From Octopus bimaculoides (taxonomy: Eukaryota): a stretch of DNA of 64,000 bases. This document shows positions 24,994 to 36,509 of the stretch, piece after piece. The stretch spans positions 17,621,423 to 17,685,422 of the forward strand of contig NC_068981.1 of assembly GCF_001194135.2 (NCBI RefSeq), written 5' to 3'. Position numbers and translations under genes: made by a program. Within the stretch, counting starts at the first letter, position 1. Each line of letters starts with the position of its first letter. The notes under the pieces were generated by a model, which saw only the letters and a list, made by a program, of their open reading frames with translations, made no database searches and had not been told where the DNA came from.

Positions 24994-25809
24994 GTAAGAA
25001 TTAGTTCCATTTAACTGTTTAGTATAAGTAACCTTCTCTATTTTAGAGGTCCATTGTTGACAAGTTTTCTTCAACAACTTCTTTCTCTATTTATACCTCA
25101 TGTATTAATGTTCTTTATGTGTACATATATGCCTGTGTGTGTGTGTGTGTGTGTAAAACATATCTGACTAGCTAGTTTTATATGTGTGTGTAGTATGTGT
25201 ACAAGTGTATGTCCTCATCATCATTATCATCATCGTTTAATGCCCGCTTTCCATGCTAGCATGGGTTGGACGATTTGACTGATGACTGGCGAACCAGATG
25301 GCAGCACCAGGCTCCAATCTGATTTGGCAGAGTTTCTACAGCTGGATGCCCTTCCTAATGCCAATCACTCCAAGAGTGTAGTGGGTGCTTTTACATGCCA
25401 CCGGCACGAGGGCCAGTCAGGTGGTACTGGCAACAGCCACACTCAAAATGGTGTTTTTTACATGCCACCTGTACAGGAGCCAGTCCAGCAGCATTGGCAA
25501 CAACCTCGCTCGAATGGTTTTTCACGTGCCACCGGCAAAAGTGCCAGTAAGGCGACGCTGGTAACAATCACACTCAAATGGTGCTATTTACGTACCACTG
25601 GCACGGAAGCCAGACAGCTGCTCTGGCAATGATCACACTTGGACAGTGCTGTTAGCGCTCCACTGGCACAGGTGCCAGTCATCGAATTTGGTTGTTTGTA
25701 TATACAAATATATATGTATCTGTATCAAGCTGATATAATCTCTCCCTTTCCCTCGCTCCTTTCTTCCACTCTCTCTCTCTATCTCTCTCTCCCTCTATCT
25801 ATTTATCTG

Positions 25810-25840
<31 letters not shown>

Positions 25841-25849
25841 TCTTAATAG

Positions 25850-25973
25850 GTTTCCAGTAATCCAGTATCACCAGCTGTGAAAAATAAACCTGTAGACTTC
25901 AACCAATCCACCAGGTGTAATGCTATTCCTTTTGATATCCATGAATACCAGCCACCACTTCAATCACGTCCAG
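25850..25973 (+). CDS. SQSTM1: SQSTM1/p62 linker exon
   Basis: ttcttaatAG acceptor and CAG|GTGAGT donor. 124 bp open in phase 0 to phase 1 (VSSNPVSPAVKNKPVDFNQSTRCNAIPFDIHEYQPPLQSRP), bridging the flanking exons in frame. No domain homology recognised. Confidence 0.7.
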
Positions 25974-27180
25974 GTGAGTACATCACTTCCACAGATGTCT
26001 AACCCTAATTCATTATGGAGACGATAAAACTCCAGCAATTACGTAATAGTGTTTGCTTTGGAGATTTACATTAATTTTTAATAGTAAATTTTAAAACCAG
26101 TCTTTCCAAGATCTTCCTGATATAAATTACTGCATCTCACTCTCTCTTCTTCACTCTAGGGAGTAAAAACTTAATGCTTTCAATTTCCCTAAAAGTTCAG
26201 CTCCAGTATAAAGGTAATCTTCTCGGGACTGTAACTAACAATGATAATTTATAACCCTTTTGGTATCAATCCACTTGAGACTGTTCCTACTTTTAAGCTG
26301 CAGTCTTCCTATTTTAAAGTGATCTAAATTAAAACCTTCCATCAAAATGTCATGTTAATTTATGTTCCAAAAACCGATTCAATAATGGTAAAGTTATTTT
26401 ACTAACCAGCAGAACATATCTCTGCTGTAGCTACCATCAGGGCACCAGATCATACCAAAAGAACATAGCATTCTATACTACCTAACATTATCTCTTGAAT
26501 ATTTTTCTCTATTGTTTAGTCAGTGAATGATTTATGATTTATGATTTATGATGCAGGCAGAATCATTAGCACACCAAGCAAAATGCTTAATGGTATTTTG
26601 TCCATCTTTACATTCTGAGTTCAAATGACACCAGGGTTGACTTTGTCTTTCGTCCTTTCAGGATCAATTGAATAAGTACCAATTGAAATCTGGGGGGTCA
26701 ATGTGATTAATTTGCCCCCTCTCTCCTGAAATTGCTAGCCCTATGCCAAAATTTGAAAGCAGTTTTGTTTCTCTTTCACTGGATATCAATGTTAAAAAAC
26801 CAAAAAGAGCTCCACCACCCCCACTGCACCCCCACACTGAGTAAAGCAAGGAAGAGAGTGGATGTGAATTACAACCTAATGCCAAACTAACTGACCAATT
26901 ATGAGCTCCAGTTGATGACAACAACAACTGACCAACAGAGATGAAAAAAAATCATGTTTTTAGACTGCATAAACTGGTGACCAACAGCTTTGTCTTAAAC
27001 CAGTTGCTGCGGACCTGTGTCAGTGACCAGGTCAAAATTGGTGCAAAGAAAATAGTGACAGCAAATGATAAATGTTTAAGTGAAGCTAACAGTCTGTGTG
27101 CATTTCTGAATGGCTAATATGTACTTTCCACATTGTAATTATAAAAAAAAAAATTTACTTCCTGTTTGTTATTTTATCAG

Positions 27181-27407
27181 GTTTTGCTGCGGCAATGTGT
27201 GACCCCTTCATGCATGACTGGTCCTTACTCTCAGACTCTGCTAACGCTAGTTCTTTGAGTCCTGGCAGTGGAGTTTCTAGAATTATTGATTCTATTACAC
27301 ATGATGAAGATATTCCTCGATCGGGTGGAACACATCAGCTGCCAAAGAAACCCATGTCTAGAAGTCTCTTTGACTTTGATGATGATGACGATGATGATGA
27401 TGGAGAG
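27181..27407 (+). CDS. SQSTM1: SQSTM1/p62 exon with LIR-like motif (HDWSLL) and acidic tract
   Basis: attttatcAG acceptor and GAG|GTAAGT donor, phase 1 to 0. Translates GFAAAMCDPFMHDWSLLSDS...SRSLFDFDDDDDDDDGE. Confidence 0.8.
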
Positions 27408-27609
27408 GTAAGTTGACAAAGCAAAGAATGAAGTTCAGAAAATGGAATGGGTTGTTGTGCCTTTGAGAAGAGGAGAATTCTATCATTGCAAACAGAATCC
27501 TTCATCAAAGAATGCTATGTTCATGAATTAAAACAGCCTTCATAGAAATTCTACAGCAAATCTAATTTAAAATACTTAGAACAAGACCAACGAGATATTG
27601 CTAAATTGT

Positions 27610-27693
<84 letters not shown>

Positions 27694-27715
27694 CAGCAGC
27701 AGCAGCAGCAGCAGT
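27610..27715. repeat. (TAG)n(CAG)n compound microsatellite
   Basis: Direct reading. Confidence 0.95.
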
Positions 27716-30072
27716 TGTAGTGGTAGCTGCTTGTGGTAGTGATAGTGGTGATGTTTAACCCCAGGTCAACCTCAATCCAGTAGAATTTATGACCATCCCA
27801 TCTTTTGCTCAGATATCCTTACTATCTAGGTCACATTATCCAATATGTCTTGCAATTTTTTGGAGTTGTTAGTATATAATTTGAGGGAAATTTGGCTGCC
27901 ATTTCTAGCAGAGCAGGCAACCAAATACAAGCTATATTATAGGCTTGAAATGCAGTTATCCTCCAAGTGTTACTGAAAACCTTGTTCTTATGTGGAATTC
28001 CATAACATGGAAATTAATGGGAAAACAAAATAATCCTACATTACAGACAGATTTTCAGGAATGAAACATTTCTAGAATGTGGGAAATGCAGGAATTTAGT
28101 CATCTTTTATCGATTACTCATTTCAGTCATTACACTGCAGCCATGCTGGAACACCACCTAGAAGGATTTCATTTGAATGAATCAACCCCAACACTTACGT
28201 TTTTTTTTTTTTAAAGCCTGGTACTTATTCTATCAGTTATTTTTGCCGAACTGCTAAGATATGAGGACAGCAACACAGTTGTCAAGCAGTGGCGAGGGAC
28301 AAACAGACATAAAGCACAATCACACATGCACACACACATGTTCACACAAAAACACACATATACAATAGGCTTCATTCAGTTACCAAATCCACTCACAAGG
28401 CTTTGGTTAGCCTGAGGCTATAGTAGAAGACATTGGGTCAAAGTGCCATGCAGTGGGACTGAACCCTGAACCATGTGGCTGGGAAGCAAACTTTTTACCA
28501 CAGAGCTATGCCTGTAGAGGTGGTGGAAAGCACAAATTCAGTTTTTATAGATGTGGAGCATAAGTCTTATTAAATATTGTATAATTAATGTAACTATCGT
28601 TATTGTGTCATCTACAACTGGATACTTGGATCACCTGTGACACAGATAGGGTAATAACATCAGTTAAATTGTGTTTTAGGAACAAATGAGACCGCCATCA
28701 TCATCATCATCATCATCTTCATCATCATCATCATCGTTTAACGTCCGCCTTCCATGCTAGCATGGGTTGGACAATTTGACTGAGGACTGGCAAACCAGAT
28801 GGCTGCACCAGGCTCCAATCTGATCTGGCAGAGTTTCTACAGCTGGATGCCCTTCCTAATGCCAACCTCTCCGAGAGTGTAGTGGGTGCTTTTACGTGCC
28901 ACCAGCATGAAGGCCAGTCAGGCGGTACTGGCAGCAGCCATGCTCAAAATGGTGTATTTTACGTGCCACCTGCACTGGAGCCAGTCCAGCGGCACTGGCA
29001 ACGATCTCGCTTGAATGTTTTTTCATGTGCCAGTAAGGCGACGCTGGTAACGATCACGCTCAAATGGTGCTATCTACGTGCCACCAGCATGGAAGCCAGA
29101 CAGCTGCTCTGGCAATGATCATGCTCGGACGGTGCTCTTAGTGCTCCACTGGTACAGGTGCCATCACAATTTTGCTTTCACTTGCCCCAACAGGTCTTTG
29201 CAAGCCGAGTTTAGTGTCCAATGAAGTAATCACTTAATGTCCATGTTCCATGCTGGCATGGATTGGATGGTTTGACAGGATCCAGTCAGCCCAAGGACTG
29301 CATCGTCCTTTAGTGTCTTCTGTGGTATGGTTTCTACCCTTCCTAATGCCATCCATTTTACAGAGGCAGTTATATACCACTATCTGTATGGGAACTTGAT
29401 TTTGTGTTATTAGGTCTTCTCATTCAAGTATGGAACTCAACATACTTGATAAACAAATACGAAGAAAATAGTGAAGTATTAGTAGAATATAGTTCATATT
29501 AATACTACTATAACACATCTTTCCTCATTACCATCTACAATTGTGCTCACCATTATTATGATTTTTCTATTATTGTTTTTCATTTCTTAACATGTTTGGC
29601 CTAATCAAATTTCTCACTCTCCAACGATATCTTACATCACATTTTACTAAATTATTAAATGAATGATTGTACTTCTAATACAATCATAATGTCATAAAAA
29701 CATTTTTTTAAATAATCACACATCATTTAAAGAGACTGAATTCTGGCATAAATTTATTATATTGTTATCTTAATTACTGTATATAAAATAATCACTTCAC
29801 CTTTCACCACACATTATTTTATTATTTTATTGACTTGGCACAGACAGTATAGAACTTGTCTAGATGTTTTATGATTTTTGATTGATCTCTCTTTCGTTCA
29901 AATTTCAATCTTAAGAACATTCCTTTGTTTTAAATGTTTGTCATGATCGAGGTCTTGTGCCTGAGATATTCACTCATCTTTCCTATTTTCACCCTTATAT
30001 GTTTCTTAGTTTACTAAATATTTTATAATCGTTTCCTGGTTCTCTTTTGTTTGTATTTTTGGCTTATTAAAG

Positions 30073-30775
30073 TTACCAAAAGAATCAACACCTGAGGCGA
30101 AACCAAACAAACCTGAAGGGAAACCATTAGCAAGCATTGGTCCAAAAGATAACAAGCTTGATGAGAAACCCTTACCAATCACCAAACCAAAACCAAAACA
30201 AGCTGAAACTGTTGAACTACCATCAAGTATTTCTGGTAATTCTACCCTAGGATCTCATTCACCTCCAAAGTCAAACCAGATAACAGAAGAGAAACCATCT
30301 CCTTCAGCCACTTCCATGGATTTTCCTGAAAGTCTAGAAAGTTCTTACTCACAATCTCAGCATGTTTCTAAATATGCAGATTCCTTAAACAAATCAAGAG
30401 AAGAAAGTCACTCAACAGCAGCTGTTAGCAACATAGGTGGTGCTGAAGCTGATGTATCACCTGACAGCTTAACATTGACCAATCAGGCTACAGCCATTAC
30501 ACAAGCGGATCCTGAGAAAACTGATGCAGCTACAAATGACAGTTCTGAAGACATACTACTTTCTAATAGTAATGGTAATACTACAGCTACTACTACTACC
30601 AACAATAACTCTACAGAGGAGGGTGAAGTTGCTTCAAGAGAAGAGAACAGAAGCAATGAGGTAACATCAAATAATTCAGAAGACAATGAGACCACGACAG
30701 AAACAACTCCAGCAGCAGAACAACGAAGAAACAGAACCTCACCATCGGTTGACTACAATTTGTATTACCCTAAAA
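30073..30775 (+). CDS. SQSTM1: SQSTM1/p62 long low-complexity (P/K then S/T/N/E-rich) exon
   Basis: 703 bp open frame from ttattaaAG (LPKESTPEAKPNKPEGKP...) to VDYNLYYPK. Donor A|GTAAAA is phase 1 and fits the UBA exon. The ending resembles p62 ALYPH just before UBA. The donor is weak, so the 3' boundary is less certain. Confidence 0.8.
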
Positions 30776-30894
30776 GTAAAAATTTCATTTTGTTTTTTTT
30801 AGATTTACTAATGCATGTTGCTTTCATTGAATCTACATGTGGCCGAGAAAAATGTTTTTGAAGACTAGACATGTGTGTATTTATATATATGTAT

Positions 30895-31064
30895 GTATGT
30901 ATAGATAGACAGACAGCAGGCAGGCAGGTAGGTAGGTAGGTAGGTAGGTAGATAGGTAGATAGATAGAGAGAGAGAGAGAGAGAGGTTGATAGAGAGAGA
31001 GAGAGAGAGAGGTAGACAGACAGACAGACAGATAGATAGGTAGGTAGGTAGGTAGGTAGGTAGG

Positions 31065-31096
<32 letters not shown>

Positions 31097-31130
31097 CAGG
31101 CAGGCAGAAAGACAAGTAGGTAGGTAGATT
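30895..31130. repeat. Compound GATA/GACA/GGCA/GGTA/GA microsatellite
   Basis: Direct reading. Confidence 0.95.
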
Positions 31131-31284
31131 CCACATAGTTTTCGTCTTCCAAATTCACTCACAAGGCATTGGTTAGCCCAGGGTTATAGTAGAAGATATT
31201 TGCCCAAGGTGCCATGCAGTGAGAATGAACCTGATACCATGTAGCTGCAAACCACAAAGCCATGCCTGTACAGATGCATGCACA

Positions 31285-31315
<31 letters not shown>

Positions 31316-32349
31316 CTGTCTGTCTGTGTATGTGTCTCTGTCTCTGTCTGTGTGCATGTGTCTGTGTTCTCTGGCTCTGTGTATTTGTCTATGTGTGTGC
31401 ATATCTTTCACTAACATATCCACAACTCCGGATCAGTTAGAAAACCAAAAACAAAAAAAAAAACTGGTGCTTTCAAATAAAAATGTCCTCCCTGATGTTT
31501 ATTCTGCCAAGTTAGACATCAGAAACGCTGTGAACCAATGAGAGGGTCATTGGAAATCCTTAACCATCGATACTATTGCTCACTTAGTACAATATAAAAT
31601 AAATCACATGATCACATGACTGGCCAGACTATCAGATTTTGTTACACATCACTGGTCACTATGCACTTTACATCATTTTAGTCTTCAAATGATGCCACGC
31701 CACTGCCTGGGAGGCTAGCATTCCACCCTGATTGAAAAGGAGACTGGAGCAATATAAAATGAAATGTTTTGCTCAAAAACACGAAGCACTGCCCAATTTG
31801 GGAATTGAACCCTTAATCTAGCAATCATAAGTGTAACAGCCTAACCACTAGGCCATATGCCTTCACTATAAGATAAATAGATTAATAAATTAATTAATGA
31901 CTGGCTCCTGTGCCAGTGGCACTTAAAAAGCACCATTTGACCATGGTCAGTGCCAGTCAAAAACACCCACTGCACTCTCAGAGTGGTTGGCATTAGGAAG
32001 GGCATCCAGCTGTAGAAACCTTTCCAGAACAGATGCAGCCTCCTGGCTTACCAGTTCTCAGTCAAACCGCCCCACCCATGCCAGCATGGAAAGCAAACAT
32101 TAAAACGACGATGACAATGATGACGATGACAATGATGACGAAGACGATGATGAATAAATAACTAAATGTTGTATGGGATACATGAGGTTGTTTTGGGTTC
32201 CTGAGCATGGCACATACCTCGGCTTGTTTTAGTGAAGCTGTCTGTCTGGAAACAACTAACATTCGATCTTTCACACTTGACTAATCATTTGAGCAGCTTT
32301 AAAATTTTTGTGACATCCATTCATACGAAAAAACATTGAAGTTAGTAAA

Positions 32350-32543
32350 AAACTTATGGCGTATGTTTGTATATATTCCTGTGTGTGTATGAATTCATGC
32401 TTACACACGCACACATATATATATGCATGACTTTACATATGTATATGTGTGTATATATATATATGTATATATGTATATATGTGTGTGTATATATATATAT
32501 ATGTATATATGTATATATGTGTGTGTANNNNNNNNNNTATGTA

Positions 32544-32606
<63 letters not shown>

Positions 32607-32857
32607 GTGTATGTGCATATATGAGTGTGCATGTATGTATTTTTGTGTATACATGTGTGTGCAAGTGTGTGTGAATGTATATATGTATGTATATATGCAT
32701 TTAGACATACATTTGCACACATATATATGCATATCTTTACATACGTATGTGTGTATATGAGTGTGTATGTATTTTTGTGTATATATGTGTGCATGAGTGT
32801 ATATATGTATGTATGCATTTAGACACACATTCGCACCCATATATATATGCATGTCTT

Positions 32858-32908
<51 letters not shown>

Positions 32909-33128
32909 GGGTGTATTTATATGAGTGTGTATGTATGTATTTTTGCGGATATGTGTATGTGAATGTATATATGTACATATGCATTTAGACACACATTTGC
33001 ACACATATATATGCATGTCTTTACATATGTATGTATTTCTGTGTATGTGTGTGAGTGTGTGTGTGCACATGCTTGTAAATGTTTGTATATATATGTACAC
33101 ACACACACATGTGTATAATATATATATT

Positions 33129-33175
<47 letters not shown>

Positions 33176-33377
33176 NNNNNNNNNNNNNNNNNNNNNNNNN
33201 NNNNNNNNNNNNNNNNNNNNNNNNNNNNNNNNNNNNNNNNNNNNNNNNNNNNNNNNNNNNNNNNNNNNNNNNNNNNNNNNNNNNNNNNNNNNNNNNNNNN
33301 NNNNNNNNNNNNNNNNNNNNNNNNNNNNNNNNNNNNNNNNNNNNNNNNNNNNNNNNNNNNNNNNNNNNNNNNNNNNN

Positions 33378-33430
<53 letters not shown>
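32350..33430. repeat. TA/TG microsatellite-derived complex satellite
   Basis: GCATTTAGACA(C/T)ACATT(T/C)GCAC...GCAT(A/G)TCTTTA recurs three times (about 32697, 32815, 32980) within TA/TG repeats. Confidence 0.8.
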
Positions 33431-33433
33431 ATG

Positions 33434-33850
33434 TATAAGAAGGGATGACCAACAAGTGAACATCCATTATGCTAGAAATAGATCACCTACAATCAAACCA
33501 CAAAGAAAAGAATATTCTCTAGAGAAATTCAGCACACACCAGAACATAAACGGGCAAGACAAATGAAAAGATACAAATGGGGACAACTCGTGTATAGTTC
33601 TGCAAATTATATTGAATTAGAACGGTCATACTGAAGAGCCACAGACGTGTTACATAAGTAAATTTGCATTAATGGCGAAAAACCGGTCTGCTACTAATTC
33701 TTTATTTTGTATATTTTCATTTGTCTTGCCCGTTTATGTTTTGGTGTGTGCTGAATTTCTCTAGAGAACATTCTTTTCTTTATGGTTTGATCATATGTGA
33801 TCTATTTCTAGCATTAACGGATGTCCACTTAGTGGTCATCCCTTCTTATA
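33434..33850. mobile_element. Fold-back element (about 144-bp inverted arms, 128-bp loop) in the p62 intron before the UBA exon
   Basis: 33434-33577 versus the reverse complement of 33706-33850 shows about 12 differences. Ends are TATA, next to TA/TG microsatellite. Confidence 0.85.
33614..33700 (+). ncRNA. Degenerate hammerhead ribozyme motif in the fold-back loop
   Basis: GAATTAG...CTGAAGA-GCCA...TGGC-GAAAAA-CCGG-TC...CTAATTC. Stem II is 4 bp, distal stem I is 7 bp, and there is a palindromic ACCGGT and GUC triplet. It has two extra A's after GAAA and a weak proximal stem I. Confidence 0.5.
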
Positions 33851-34661
33851 TGTATCCTCAGTCAAACCATAAAAGCAGACGTTAAACGACGATGATGATA
33901 TCCTAATGATATTTAACTATAAAAATACAATAGGATTTTTATTAAGCATCAAAATGTCTATGTGGGTCAGTCTGAATAAAAAAGGAATCAAAGATGCCCA
34001 TAGATAAAAACGGTTGAGAATCACTGGTCTTTCTGTATATATATGTGTATTTGAACGATAAATCATTTTACTTCAAATTCCACCCAATACTTTGTAACTT
34101 ATCTTTTATAAACCAGTAATGTTGCCCCTGTAACCTGACACTTGACAGCTCTGCACTGATTTACTGGAAATCACTTACTTTTATGATATTTCTTAGAATA
34201 AGCAGACAAATGTCTGAATTCATCAATGAACGGGGCCAATTTTAATTATAATATTAAAAAGATATGATTGACCTGTCCATTTACTCTTTTTTTTTTGAGA
34301 TTTTAAAATTGCCCTCTCCTACATGAATCTGAGAACTCATTCTACAGAGCTAGATTTTTCCTATTTGGGTGAAACAACTTATTTGATTTTGTATTATATT
34401 TCTTCATTCAGTTACGATTAAATTACAGTGGAAGTTATTATGTAGTATACATAACATAATGAATATAACTATGCCTACATTCATGATGTGTGATTCACCT
34501 GCATATATTGTAGACGCAATTGTGAACCACGGAATGACTGTAATACCAGCTACCCCATTCTTCACTGGAGCTATAATTCAAAATAAATCAATAAATTTTC
34601 TGTATGATTTAATAACTGACCAGAAAGATCCATCTTTCTTAGTTGTGTAGTATAATGAAAT

Positions 34662-35036
34662 GTGAGGCGCAATGGTCCAGTGGTTAGGGCAGCGGACTCG
34701 CGGTCATAGGATTGCGGTTTCGATTCCCAGACTGAGCGTTGTGAGTGTTTATTGAGCGAAAACACCTGAAGCTCCACGAGGCTCCGGCAGGGGATGGTGG
34801 CAAATCCTGCTGTATTCTTTCACCACAACTTTCTCTCACTCTTACTTCCTGTTTCTGTTGTGCCTGTACTTCAAAGGGTCAGCCTTGTCATTCCATGCTA
34901 CGCTGAATATCCCTGAGAACTACACGTGTCTGTGGAGTGCTCAGCCACGTGCACGTTAATTTCATGAGCAGGCTGTTCCGTTGATCGGATCAACTGGAAC
35001 CCTCGACGTTGTAAGCGACGGAGTGCCAACAACAAC
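34662..35036 (+). mobile_element. tRNA-derived SINE, family B
   Basis: Same consensus, with 13-bp TSD AGTATAATGAAAT (34649-34661, 35037-35049). Confidence 0.9.
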
Positions 35037-35110
35037 AGTATAATGAAATATTTCTAAAACCATTTTAAGTTGATCCAAAACTTGAAACTGTTCTTCTGAA
35101 TTTATTTCAG

Positions 35111-35249
35111 TTCGCCGGTATGCAGAGGCACTGGATAACTTGCTGAGTATGGGCTTCACCAATGAAGGTGGCTGGCTCTCATTACTGGTTGAGGAGAAAC
35201 GAGGAGACATCATCCGTGTCCTGGATTTCATTGAAAACAACATCCAAAA
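35111..35249 (+). CDS. SQSTM1: SQSTM1/p62 UBA-domain exon (runs into assembly gap; stop codon not visible)
   Basis: tttatttcAG acceptor, phase 1. Translates RRYAEALDNLLSMGFTNEGGWLSLLVEEKRGDIIRVLDFIENNIQ, matching p62 UBA LSMGFSDEGGWLTRLL...DIGAALDTIQ. Confidence 0.92.
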
Positions 35250-35742
35250 NNNNNNNNNNNNNNNNNNNNNNNNNNNNNNNNNNNNNNNNNNNNNNNNNNN
35301 NNNNNNNNNNNNNNNNNNNNNNNNNNNNNNNNNNNNNNNNNNNNNNNNNNNNNNNNNNNNNNNNNNNNNNNNNNNNNNNNNNNNNNNNNNNNNNNNNNNN
35401 NNNNNNNNNNNNNNNNNNNNNNNNNNNNNNNNNNNNNNNNNNNNNNNNNNNNNNNNNNNNNNNNNNNNNNNNNNNNNNNNNNNNNNNNNNNNNNNNNNNN
35501 NNNNNNNNNNNNNNNNNNNNNNNNNNNNNNNNNNNNNNNNNNNNNNNNNNNNNNNNNNNNNNNNNNNNNNNNNNNNNNNNNNNNNNNNNNNNNNNNNNNN
35601 NNNNNNNNNNNNNNNNNNNNNNNNNNNNNNNNNNNNNNNNNNNNNNNNNNNNNNNNNNNNNNNNNNNNNNNNNNNNNNNNNNNNNNNNNNNNNNNNNNNN
35701 NNNNNNNNNNNNNNNNNNNNNNNNNNNNNNNNNNNNNNNNNN

Positions 35743-36030
35743 ACTTTCGCCCCTCCCAAACTTGCCCCTCCCCTGAACTTGTTCCTCCCCTGAACTTGCT
35801 CCTCCCTCAAACTTGCACCTCTCCTGAACTTTCTCCTCCTCTAAACTTGCTCCTTCCCTGAACTTGCTCCTCCCTCAAACTTGCACCTCTCCTGAACTTT
35901 CTCCTCCTCTGAACTTGCTTCTCCTTCAAACTTGCTCCTTCCCTGAACTTGCTCCTCCCTCAAACTTGCACCTTTCCCGAACTTTCTCCTCCCTCAAACT
36001 TGCACCTTTCCCGAACTTTCTCCTCCCAAT
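35743..36030. repeat. 17-bp minisatellite (consensus AACTTGCTCCTCCCCTG), about 17 copies, starting at a gap
   Basis: Splitting at AACT gives 16 consecutive 17-nt units plus one partial unit. Confidence 0.92.
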
Positions 36031-36509
36031 TTGTGCCCAAATTAGAAACCATCATTGTTACTATTAGGGTGGTGGGCTGGCAGAATCATTACCACACTGG
36101 ACAAAATGTTTAGCAGCATTTCTTCTGGCTTCACATCCTGAGTTCAAATCCCTTCAAGGTTGACTTTGCCTTTCATCCTTTCAGGGTCAATTAAATAAGT
36201 AACAATTGAGCACTGGGGTCAATGCAATCAACTAGCCCTCTCCCACAAAACTTCAGCCCTTTTGCCTATAGCAGAAATGCTTATTGTTGTTGTTGTTGTT
36301 TGATATTTTTTATTTTATATAAGCTGTTCAAAATTTATTCCCAGAGACCACAAACTAGACTTCTTACTGTGTATGCTACTTATGCGTAACATTAGCATAT
36401 TTCAGACAAAATAGACCAAATTTGAAGAAGTACCATTTGATATCCTCCCCAAAGCTTCAACGATCACAGGTACAATAGCTGTTTTTAGATGCTTTGTATT
36501 TATTTAACT

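Noticed and set aside
26760-26850. Extra p62 exon encoding KPKRAPPPP
   Set aside because: There is no suitable acceptor in the required phase, and the flanking exons already join in frame.
32354-33566. Many ORFs rich in H-T, V-C or I-Y (also near 1200, 2000, 31000, 46900 and 63500)
   Set aside because: They are translations of CA/TG/TA microsatellites with no coding signal.
35743-36030. CRISPR array or coding Pro-rich tail
   Set aside because: Units are contiguous with no unique spacers, and the 17-nt period puts stops in all frames.
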